Part shown: piece after piece, positions 28,926 through 40,200 of the stretch
Layout: each line of letters starts with the position of its first letter
Numbering within the stretch: position 1 is the stretch's first letter
From: Podarcis pityusensis
Lineage: Eukaryota
NCBI GenBank assembly: GCA_964106645.2
Contig: OZ067048.1
Length of the DNA: 64,000 nt
Reading direction: 5' to 3' (one strand)
The notes under the pieces: model-generated
Seen by the model: the letters and a program-made list of their open reading frames with translations, nothing else
The model's database searches: none
What the model was told of the DNA's origin: nothing
Position numbers and translations under genes: made by a program

Positions 28926-29825
28926 TGTTGTTGTTGTTTAGTCGTTTAGTCGTGTCCGACTTTTCGTGACCCCATGGACCAGAGCACGCCAGGCACTTCT
29001 GTCTTCCACTGCCTCCCGCAGTTTGGTCAGACTCATGTTTGTAGCTTCGAAGACACTATCTAACCATCTCGTCCTCTGTCGTCCCCTTCTCCTTGTGCCC
29101 TCCATCTTTCCCAACATCAGGGTCTTTTCCAGGGAGTCTTCTCATGAGGTGGCCAAAGTATTGGAGCCTCAGCTTCACAATCTGTCCTTCCAGTGAGCAC
29201 TCAGGGCTGATTTCCTTAAGAATGGATAGGTTTGATCTTGCAGTCCATGGGACTCTCAAGAGTCTCCTCCAGCACCATAATTCAAAAGCATCAATTCTTC
29301 GGCGATCAGCCTTCTTTATGGTCCAGCTCTCACTTCCATACATCACTGCTGGGAAAACCATAGCTTTTACTATACGGACCTTTGTTGGCAAGGTGATGTC
29401 TCTACTTTTTAAGATGCTGTCTAGGTTGGTCATTGCTTTCCTCCCAAGAAGCAGGCGTCTCTTAATTTCGTGGCTGCTGTCACCATCTGCAGTGATCATG
29501 GAGCCCAAGAAAGTAAAATCTCTCACTGCCTCCATTTCTTCTCCTTCTATTTGCCAGGAGGTGATGGGACCAGTGGCCATGATCTTCGTTTTTTTGATGT
29601 TGAGCTTCAGACCATATTTTGCGCTCTCCTCTTTCACCCTCAATAAAAAGTTCTTTAATTCCTCCTCACTTTCTGCCATCAAGGTTGTGTCATCTGCATA
29701 TCTGAGGTTGTTGATATTTCTTCCAGCAATCTTAATTCCGGCTAGGGATTCATCCAGCATAGTTCATAGCTTCTCTGAGTTCTTCAAGCCCCTTCATCAC
29801 GGCAAGGCAGTGATCCATGAAGGGG
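28926..29825 (-). mobile_element. Internally deleted BovB (RTE) LINE: short 5' segment joined to ~830 bp of 3' end
   Basis: ORF 29056..29760 is RT (NLRYADDTTL) with small indels near its 3' end. (CAA)n tail at 28926. TSD ACAATTACACT at 28915-28925 and 29826-29836. Confidence 0.9.
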
Positions 29826-30061
29826 ACAATTACACTGCTTGATTGGAAATATTTCCAGTTCAGTCAGGCAAAAGGGAGGGTATGGCACACTTGAATTTGT
29901 GTAAAAACAAGACAGCTGCAGCTGTTGTTAAAACCAACCAATGTAATGACTACAATGAACATGGTCACCTATGATATAGGTCAGTCTTGGCAGATGCTAT
30001 TGTATAGTGAGCTCTAGTAAGGCCAACCTGCTTCTGTTTAAATCCTACTTAAGTAACTGGC

Positions 30062-30236
30062 TGTTTCTCATGAGGTGGCCAAAGGACTTGAGCCTCAGCT
30101 TCAGAATCTGTCCTTCCAGTGAGCACTCAGGGCTGATTTCCTTCAGAATGGATAGTTTGATCTTTTTGCAGTCCATGGGACTCTCAAGAGTCTCCTCCAG
30201 CACCACAATTCAAAAGCATCAATTCTCCAGCGATCA
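30062..30236 (-). mobile_element. BovB LINE fragment
   Basis: Similar to 29140-29307 (TTCTCATGAGGTGGCCAAAG...CAAAAGCATCAATTCT). Confidence 0.75.
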
Positions 30237-30387
30237 CCCTGCCCTTATATATAGGTTGACGCTTGGCAAATCCACACAGCGATCAACTTAACTCCTGCCC
30301 GGAAACCAATGTCTCCACTGTGGAAGGACATGTGGATCCAGAATTCGCCTCCACAGTCACTTAAGGACTCATTGTTAAAACCGTGTG

Positions 30388-30607
30388 CAGTGGTACCTCG
30401 GGTTAAGTACTCGATTCGTTCCAGAGGTCCGTTCTTAGCCTGAAACTGTTCTTAACCTGAAGCACCACTTTAGCTAATGGGGCCTGCCGCTGCGCCACTG
30501 GAGCACGATTTCTGTTTTCATCCTGAAGCAAAGTTCTTAACCTGAGGTACTGTTTCTGGGTTAGCGGAGTCTATAACCTGAAGCGCATGTAACCCGAGGT
30601 ACCACTG
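30388..30607. mobile_element. Tc1/mariner-Tigger-type MITE (CAGTGGTACCTC family)
   Basis: TIRs CAGTGGTACCTCGGGTTA / TAACCCGAGGTACCACTG. Confidence 0.85.
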
Positions 30608-30654
30608 TATATAGAAGACAATCTTACTCTGCTACGAGTGATCGCCAAAGAAGA

Positions 30655-30770
30655 ATATAAGGGTCTGGTGACTTCTGCTTCACTGTAATGAAGTGTGCAT
30701 GCACACGAAAGTTTATACCCAGAACAAACTTAGTTGGTCTATAAGGTGCAACTGGACAATTTTTTATTTT
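30655..30770 (+). mobile_element. Penelope-like element terminal (pLTR) relic with a decayed hammerhead
   Basis: Colinear with about 46347-46470 (AAGTGTGCATGCACACGAAAG...AACTTAGTTGGTCT..AAGGTGC.ACTGGA). Confidence 0.75.
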
Positions 30771-31189
30771 TTCATCCTAACACTGCAAGCCTAAATTCAC
30801 CAGTTCCACCAAATTCAAGGTGCAAATGTGTTCAGGATTGCAGCCTAAAGCCCCGCCCCTTGTTTTAGTTGGTTTATAACCGCCCCCCTTTACCCATTTT
30901 TCTTTGTTTTCTTATGGGTGTCTGCGCGAGAGAGGACCTAACGCTGTAGTAGTAGTAGTAATTAATAAAATGATGGCCCAGGAAAAAGACTCTCTTTCCC
31001 CTTCTGCGGGGTCAAACGCGACTCCACGCACTTGACGCCCCGCCCCCTTGAAGAGGAGCTTTCTTCGGCACGCCCATCGCAGCTGGGAGGCGTGGCCCAC
31101 CAGGCCGGAAGGTAGAGCGTCTTTGGATTTCGTTCGGAGCTGGGAGTGGGGCTTATCTCAGGCAGGAGCAATCGATCGTCGCATTCCTT

Positions 31190-31232
31190 CGGGACCGTGA
31201 CGTAAGGCTGCGGCGGCGGGTCTTTTGAAACA
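31190..31232 (+). promoter_or_regulatory. CENPH promoter CRE-like site and CDE/CHR element
   Basis: TGACGTAA at 31198-31205. GGCGG ending at 31219, a 4-nt spacer, then TTTGAA at 31224-31229, all within a CpG island. Confidence 0.75.
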
Positions 31233-31292
31233 GAAGGGAGGGAGGGAGTTGCGCGAGGGAAACGGGCCTGGCTGGGAGCTGCTGCTGCCGGG

Positions 31293-34200
31293 ATGGAAAC
31301 AAGGGAGGGCGCGGCGGCGGCGGCGGCGGCGGCTCCTCTTGAGGGCTTCGTTGAAGAGACAGCAGAAGAAGCCCGACGGCTCGTGGGCGAGGAGGGGCAG
31401 GAGAAGCTGGACCTGGTGTCGCTTTTAAGGTCAGGCCCTCTCTGTGTATTGGTGTCGGGCGGAGTCTCAACACACAGAGAAACACTCACACTCCCTCACA
31501 TAGGAGCCAACGCCCTTCGCTCCCCCATAAAATATTTGAAGGGGCCGCCCCCCCTAAAGTTGATGGGCATTGCCATTCAAATAGTGAACGTGCGCCACGT
31601 CATGTGATTGATTATTGTTGTTCCGCCTGGCCTTTGGCTTGGAGCCAATTTGATTCCCTTCCCCTCTTTCTTTTTTCTTTCTCCTCCTGTGATGAGGCTG
31701 CATTTTAATGTTTCAATATTTTAATGTTGTATTTTAATCTTGTTTTTAAGTTGTATTCATTCAACTTATTTTTATTATTGCTTGTTAGCCGCCCTGAGCC
31801 CGGCCTTGGCTGGAGAGGGCAGGGTAAAAATTATTATTATTATTATTATTATTATTATGCCTCCCCCCAAAAAATATTTTATTCATGTTGGCACCCCTGC
31901 CGTCTCTACAGGCACCCACACACAAACACACACACACCCCTCCAAACTGCCGCATTTTCTGTTAAAAATCATGGTGAATTTGAATTTCTATGCCACCTCT
32001 GTAATATTATTTAGAAAAAAATGCATTGGAAGCATGCAAACCTTAATTGTGCATATTTAGTTATTTATTAAAGTGCCCAGGTTAGTGCAGTGGGTCTGTG
32101 CATCTGGCTGTTAACCAGAAGGTTAGTGGTTTGAGCCCACCCGGGATGGCTGTGGGCAGGATTCCTGCGTTGCAGATGACCCTCGGGATCCCGCCCAACT
32201 TTATGATGCTGTGGCTTTTATTTGTTGCTTCCCAAAGAAAAAATGTCCTGAAGGGATTTAACAGTGAAAACATGCATAAAAAACAACTTGGGGTCCAATG
32301 CAAAACAAAAATCTACCCTTAAGAGGCTCGTGGGAAAAGGAAAGTCTTCAAAAGACTATAGAGGCAGCATCTGATATGCAGTGGGAGGGAGTTCCAAAGA
32401 GTAGGTGCTGCCATGCTAAAGCCCCAGTTTCTACATTGCATGGAGCAGGCCTCCTGAGGATATGTTATCTGTAAGAAACCCTCTCCTTCAGAGTGCAGTC
32501 ATAGGCTGGGCATAAAAGGATAAGATTATATTTTAGGAATTATGGTTCCAGGCTGTATTGGGCTTTGTCTAGCTGTATTGACATTACAGCTAGTTGAGCC
32601 ATTGTGTTTTGCATTAGCTGCAGCTTCCAGACCAATCTCAATGGCACCCACACACCCTCACATTATAGGTTATAAGTTTCAAGTGGTATACTATGCTTGA
32701 GCCCAGGCCAGCTAATTATGATTCATTAAGAGAACAAAGGGAATGACTCTGTGCCAGAGGCCAAATGGGTGGGCCTCCCTCCCTGATTAGTTAAAGGTAA
32801 AGGGACCCCTGACCATTAGGTCCAGTCGTGGCCGACTCTGGGGTTGTGGCGCCCATCTCGCTTTACTGGCCGAGGGAGCCAGCGTACAGCTTCTGGGTCA
32901 TGTGGCCAGCATGACTAAGCCGCTTCTGGCGAACCAGAGCAGCACACAGAAACGCCGTTTACCTTCCCGCCAGAGCGGTACCAATTTATCTACTTGCACT
33001 TTGATGTGCTTTTGAACTGCTAGGTTGGCAGGACCCTGATTAGTTAGGTAAAAGTAAAAGGCCATAGCTGAAAATTCAGTTATGTGAATGAGAAGTTGGG
33101 AGAGAGGCTGCAGGCTGCAATGGCAGAGAGAGTGTCATGGCTGATTTCTTCTGGAATCCAAGGTTGTGGTAATGGGAGAAGCAAGATTCTTTCGGGATGT
33201 TAATTTTTTATTATTATTAAATTTGTATACTGCCCTTCATCTGAAGATTGGGCCTTTCTAAAGACATACCCAGCTCCTCCTTTAAAATGCTGATCAGAAT
33301 GCTACTGTCTTTGATTTCAGTATCAGATAAAAGGTGGATGCTATTAATTCATATGTGAACAAGATAAATTTTCTGTAAACTACTACCAGATCCACTCTCT
33401 TGATTTTTTTCTGTTAATTTGTTTTTTTACTTTGTAGAGTAAGAGAACAAATAAAGCAACAACTTTTGGAATATAATGCAACAGTTAATGCAAGTAAGTG
33501 TGTGACTACCATTGTGAAAAATAAAAACTTTCTTATGTTTATATATTGCTAAATAAAAAACACAGTACAAACATGTAAAGTTATTTGATAAGCCCTTGTT
33601 TAGAAAGTAAATACCAGGATGAAGTCTCTTGAGGACTTTATTTCTCTTTGTGATGTATAATCCTATGAAATGGTGTTCTGAAACTTACTATACTATTGGC
33701 ATGTTCCTCTTGGGGGGGGGGAAGTGTTTTTCAGTTACTTCTAACATATTCATCTTTTATGTGACAGATGAAGAAATCATTACGGATCAAGTTATTGATG
33801 AAAAGGCCATTGTGAGGTGTGTCATCATAACTTATTAATGAATATGCTACTATGATGTTTCCATGGTTTCCCCCCACGTACAGTTCAAACAAGCAAAAAC
33901 TTACCATATTTTTTGCTCTATAAGACTCACTTTTTCTCTCCTAAAAAGTAAGGGGAAATGTGTGTGCGTCTTTTGGAGCGAATGCAGGCTGTGCAGCTAT
34001 CCCAGAAGCCAGAACAGCAAGAGGGATTGCTGATTTCACTGCGCAGCGATCCCTCTTGCTGTTCTGGCTTCTGAGATTCAGAATATTTTTCTTCTTGTTT
34101 TCCTCCTCCAAAAACTAGGTGCGTCTTGTGGTCTGGTGCGTCTTATAGAGCGAAAAATACGGTACTTTTGTGCTCTATGCAAAAGGCAAAGGACTAACGG

Positions 34201-37200
34201 CAATGTTATATTTGTAAGGAGGAAATGGGCATGAAGCATTAACTTGTATCTCTTTACATGTTGCATATTCTAGTTCATTTCTATTTGCAGAATTATCTGT
34301 GATTTAACAAAATAACTGAAAATGTTGTAGTATTTATAAACTATCAGGCTTGTGTTTAAAAGTGTCTAAAATATCTTTATGCTTGTTCTGAGTTTAAATG
34401 GCAAGCTTTAAAATTGTTTATCCTTAACAAACATAGTTGAAAGTAAACTGTACTTATTTCAGTGGGATGTATCTCCAAGGGAATGTGTGTGAAAGCAAGG
34501 TAAATGGGATAAGCGGCTTGTTGTGGTTTTGTTCATTGTGCTCAGACCATGTTAAAAAAAACACACAAAAAACTGGAAGTTCTGTGGCCAGTTTAAATTG
34601 TGTAAATGGTTGTCTGCATATTTTGTATGTTTGCCCCTTTGAAGAGCAACAAGCTGTCCATGGTGTTAATACTCCACTGCCTGTGTTGGGAATTCTGCTC
34701 AATCCCTTCCCCTGTATTGTCCACCCACCAACCTTATTTCATAGCCTTGGGGTCTAGAAACTGGATTAATTTCTCAATGAAAGTTGAAATCTGTATGCTG
34801 AATGCTGCATCCAATAACAAGTTACGTGCTTGTGTGGCATGGTCTCAGAAAGCTTTCCCACCCAATAATGCTGGCAACACAGATGTTACATTAAATGCGG
34901 AGGAGGAGCAGATATCATTATATGAATAATTTTAGCATTACATATCTACCTACTGTTCTACATCTCCAAGTTCCCAATGCAACTTGCAGAAAGAGTAAGA
35001 ACCAATCTCTGAGCAGAGCAATATTGCTTTTCAAACATCAATAACTAGGAAAATGTATTAAAAACTTATTCAGTTGTTAGAAAAGTTTGATAGAAGAATC
35101 ACCTTCTAAGAAATATATGTTTCAGATCACCTGATCCTTGGTTTCTGTTTACCTGAGTTTTCTTTTGCTCTTAGTACAATAGAAGACTTGGAAGGGGAAT
35201 TGGAAGAAGTGAAGCTATCACACAGACACAAAACTTTGGCATTACAAAGGTAAAGATTCAGTCTTTCTGAAAAGTTGAAGTATAACATAGGACATGAATG
35301 AAGAACTAATGTAGATTGGAGGAATTGAAAATATACTGTGTCTGTTACCACAGGGATGGCTTGTTTGGTTAGATTCTTACCACATGGAAATTAAAAAATC
35401 CAAGCCACAATCCAGCAAATGTTATGTGGAATTAAGATCCACTGAAATTAATGGGGTTGTGCATCCAACTCAGTGCTTGATTGTGCAGCAAAGTTACATA
35501 TGTGAAATTACTTAATAGTAATTTTTATGCTTTACAAAATTGAGCATTAGACAACTTTTTACTCTGCAGCTGCCTTCTATTGAACTTCATATATGTCTGC
35601 TTCTTTTTTAAAAATGGTTTAATGGTTTAGTGAATATATAAATAAAACCTATGACATTTAGCCATAGCTGTCAACTTACAGATTTGAAAATAAGGGACCA
35701 GCAGCCTCAAAAATAAGGGATCAGCAGCCAGAATAAGGGATTTCAGAGCACAGCTATGTTCAACTTCTGAGCCCCTCCCAGCCAAAGGCAGAAAGCCCAG
35801 TCAGCAGCCAAACGAAGCCTCAAGCGGTGGTTCCCACAGCGCAGCAACCCAGCAAAGGGGATGCAGCAAGGAAAACCACCGTCGCCTCTCCGCTGCGAAG
35901 CGCTGAGCAAAGGCGAGTCCCCAGGCAACGCGGCCAATTTGATCGGCACAAGGCATGCAAGCTCCACCCCCCCAGTCGTTCTTAGACTCCTTATTGGGTG
36001 AGCAACGCAGCCAAGCAACACAGTTGGAGCCTCCCTCCTCCCTGGCCGGCAGGGAGGGAGGGAGAGGAGCTGCTTCCTTTGAAATTTAAGGGACATCATT
36101 TAAGGGACATCCATCAATAGGGGACAGCAGCGGGACACAGCGCTGGGATAAGGGACTTTCCTGCCAAATAAGGGACGGTTGACAGCTATGCATTTAGCAC
36201 ATGAAACAGCTTAACCACTAATTGAAATAAAATATATTATTGGAATTTCATCAGAAATACAAACACAAGGTTCCTTACTATACAAAGTTTCATACACATC
36301 TTGATCTTTGAAATACTCTGATGTGATGTGTAATGTTTAGCCAGTAAGTTATGGTGCATCACTTGTTCATGGAAATGTGTATATGAAAGCAGAAAAAAAT
36401 GCTTAGAATCCAGTTCTTATTTCTTCTATGAATGTCCTAGACATACTGTTATGCATTTCCTCAGAACACATCTTACTTTTCTTCTTCTTTTTAACTGTAT
36501 AGGTTGCAAGTAAATGATGCACTTAGAGCCAAGCTGAGGAACAATGATGACAACTTAAAGTAAGGGGATTTGAAAGTCCAAGGAGTTATTTAAACTGAAT
36601 TATTTAACTGACAAGAGTATTTGTAGCTTGTTTAATGACTATGGAATTGATATTTAAATACTGCTTCTGTGGATAATAGAATATTTCAGAAAGGCACCCT
36701 GGTTAGACAACTGATATTCCTAGATGAAATTTCTAGTCCCTTATAGTTGGTTTAAATCAGCTGTTGCAATGACCTATTTTAGTCCTTTGTAAAATTCTCA
36801 TACTGTGGTTCCATTTAACTACAACTGGGATACAGTTTAAAACTAGAATCAGGTTAAAATTAGCTGTGATCTCAGCAAACCTATTCCTTAGAATTGTGCT
36901 GTTGCTGATTTTTATAGAAGGCAGCTGCTGCTTTTGTTTTTGGTTGGTTGTTGGGCAGCGTCCACTTAGAGTAAGCGCCTATGTCATTTACCTCCCCATA
37001 ACATGTTTTGGCAGTTTCTCACAGGGAAGTCATAACAGTGAAAGTAACTCCCCTAGGAAGAAAACAGCTGAAGAGGGGAAAACATGGACAATAAAAAAGT
37101 GGGCGGTCTAGCATGCTGTTGTCCCCACCCTGGTTTTCAAATGGCTCCAGCCCCTTTGCTTCATAGGAACTTGACCAAATCTGCATTACAACGCACAGGT

Positions 37201-40200
37201 GCTGGTGCCATAACATGTACTTTTGAGACTTTTTCTCTAAATACTGCTTTTTATTGTTGTTTTTCACTGCTTGCAACTTGCTGCAGCTGCAGATGAATAT
37301 CTTGATGCCCAGGTGTGTTGCATGCTTAGCTGGCATAATACACACATAGAAGTACTAGTAAAAGCCAAAGACAGATCTCTTGATATATGAATATTTGGCC
37401 ATTAGAAATACCCCCATCACCTGGCTTTTAGACCTGATCTGGTGCAGGCCGTTTTCAACTCTTTTTGTTAGAGAATAGTGGATTGAAGTCAAACTGCCTT
37501 CACTTGAATTGAATCTGTGAATAGATTTAAACCAAGGGTGGGGAATCTGTGGCCCTCCAGATGATGTTAGACTACGTTTGTTTGTTTGTTTGTTTGTTTG
37601 TTTGTTTACTTATCAGTTTCTACACCACTCAACATAAAGATATCTAGGCACCAAAGCAAGAAACTCAATATAATATAATATAATATAATATAATATAACA
37701 TAAAATACAGAATAAAACTGTATGTTATGTTCAGTAAAACATACAAGGCTGGGTCATATTGCAGGGGAAATGTGTCAATAAAGTCTTAACCAAGAGTCCA
37801 AAATATATTTTCCATAATCCCTGACTATCGGCCATCCCGGTTGATGGGAATTGGCCAACACCTGGAAGACTCAAGAGTTCCGCAGCCCTGGTGTAAACTA
37901 AGGACCAAATGAAATGCTACACACAAAATGCACAACAAAAATACCAGCCACTTTGGGATGGGATGATTTGGAGAGAAATAGCAGTATGGGGGCTGCTTAA
38001 TGCTTTCTGCTGCAACTCCCCCTGTGGGAAACACATTTGAAACTCTGTAGGGAAAAGAACAATGTGGGAAGGGGGGGGGGGATTTACAGCAGAAAACCAC
38101 AGCAAGGGAAAGAATTAAGCAGCTTAATCCAACACTGCATATTCACTCCAAATCACCCCATCCCAAAGAGAAAGGGCTGTAGTTCGGTGGTAGAGCTTTG
38201 CATGCTTTGCTGGGAATGTCCCCTATCTGAAACCCTGAAGAGCCACTGCCAGTCAGTGTAAACAGTACTGCGCTAGGTGGACCAGTGGTCTTCCTTGGCA
38301 TAAGACGACTTTATATGTCCCTATATATGCTTTTCTTAGAAGAAAAGGGCATCAGGCTTCTGTTTAAGTGCATTTGCATATAAGTTTGATTTGATTGTAT
38401 GGGCCTCAGGGTCATGCTGATTTCTGTTTATGCTTTCATTAGGTTGATCGGGGAGACTATAAAACACATTATGATGCTTAGTACTGCAGTAATTAAATTA
38501 AAGCAGGCAAGTATCCTTTCTGTTAAAACGTTAAGGCTCATTGTCTAGAAAAGATATATTTGCCAACCCATGGTAGATACAAGTGTAGCTGTACTTTAAA
38601 AAGTTACTGTGTTTACATACTACACTTTTTCCTAAAAAAAAAAGTACTAAAGTTAATATTCACAGTTACAGTATTACTTTGGGGTGTTGGGGGGTAGTGG
38701 GGGGGACACATTGTGCTCTTTTCAGGGTAGCTTGTCCACGTTTGGTCCCCACCCTGCACCTGTGGCTCCTAGAAGCTGTCAGCATGCAACAGTAGCCACA
38801 CCCCGGGAATGGCTTTGACTGGCCAGCTAAACCAGGGGAGGGGAGCCAATGGGTCTTAAACCATCAGTGAATAAGGGACTTCCGAATATGTGAAGACAGG
38901 TTTCGGCAGATTGAGTGGATGAGACCAATAATGGGTCCAATGTTCAAGAAGTTGGTTTCTGCACAGGCTATATAGAGAAGTGAGGGGCAGATGGGGCTTA
39001 TCTGGGAAGGTAGTCCATGTAGGAGGAGGAAAACTGATCCCAAACCTCTACTGCCTTGTGGGACATCTTTAGGAGAAGAAAATCCTAAGGAGTAAACCCT
39101 ACACAAATCTGGAATGGAGTCCTTAAGGTGGTTGGATGGCATCTTGTACACCACCTTGTGGCAACTCCTGCAGCCAAGTTGGTGCCAAATATATTTACCG
39201 TATTTTTCGCACCATAGGACGCACTTTTTCCCTCCTAAAAAGCAAGGGAAAATGTCTGTGCGTCCTATGGAGCGAATGCAGCGGGGAGGCAGGCGGGAAA
39301 AGCCCCCAAGAGCCGCACACAAGCTCCATGCGCTCTTGCGGGCTTTTCCACAGGAGGGAGAATGGACTGACTGGCCGCATCAGTCCCTTCTCCCACCTCC
39401 CAGAAAAGCCAGGAGAAGCCGCAATCTCTTTAAAGGGGTTGCGCGGCTTCTGCGGGCTTTTGCGAGAGGTGAGGGAATCCCCCCACCTCCCAGTAAAGCC
39501 AGGAGAAGCCGTGATCTCTTTAAACGGGTTGCGCGGCTTCTGCGGGCTTTCGGGAGAGGTGAGGGAATCCCCCCCACCTCCCAGGAAAGCCAGGAGAAGC
39601 TGTGATCTCTTTAAACGGGTTGCGCGGCTTCTGCGGGCTTTTGGGAGAGGTGAGGGAATCCCCCCACCTCCCAGGAAAGCCAGGAGAAGCCGTGCAGCCC
39701 TTTTAAAGTGCGCGCGGCTTCTGCGGGCTTTTGGGAGAGGTCAGGAAATCCAACCACCTCCCAGGAAAGCCAGGAGAAGCCCTGCGCAGCGTCTCCCAGC
39801 AAGGAGAGGCTGCACGGGGCTAAAGGGGAGGCCAAAACAGCGAGCGGGATCCATCCCGCTCGCTGCCTTGGCTTGCTCCATAGCTGCGCGCAACCCCTCC
39901 GGCAGGGAGAGGCTGCACGGGGCTATGGCTTCTTTAGCCCTGCGCAGCATCTCCCGGCAAGGAGAGGTTGCGAGGGCTAAAGAGGAAGCCAAAACAGCGA
40001 GCGGGATCCATCCTGCTTGCTGCCTTGGCTTGTGCCATAGCCGCGTGCAACCCCTCCGGCAGGGAGAGGTTGTGCGCAGCCTGTACGCTGCTCTTTGGGG
40101 CTGGGGGGGGGGAAATATTTTTTTTCTTGATTTCCCCCCCCCCCTAAAAACTGGGTGCGCCCTATGGTCCGGTGCGCCCTATGGTGCGAAAAATACGGTA

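Noticed and set aside
29093-29842. 249-aa + strand ORF
   Set aside because: It is the antisense shadow of the BovB RT.
32078-32200. tRNA-like sequence with a GTT anticodon-like loop (similar head near 13140-13200)
   Set aside because: No intact cloverleaf, and it continues into a CR1-like tail, so it is a SINE head rather than a tRNA gene.
39392-39780. Regularly spaced repeats resembling a CRISPR array
   Set aside because: Whole units repeat with no unique spacers, the DNA is eukaryotic and there are no cas genes.
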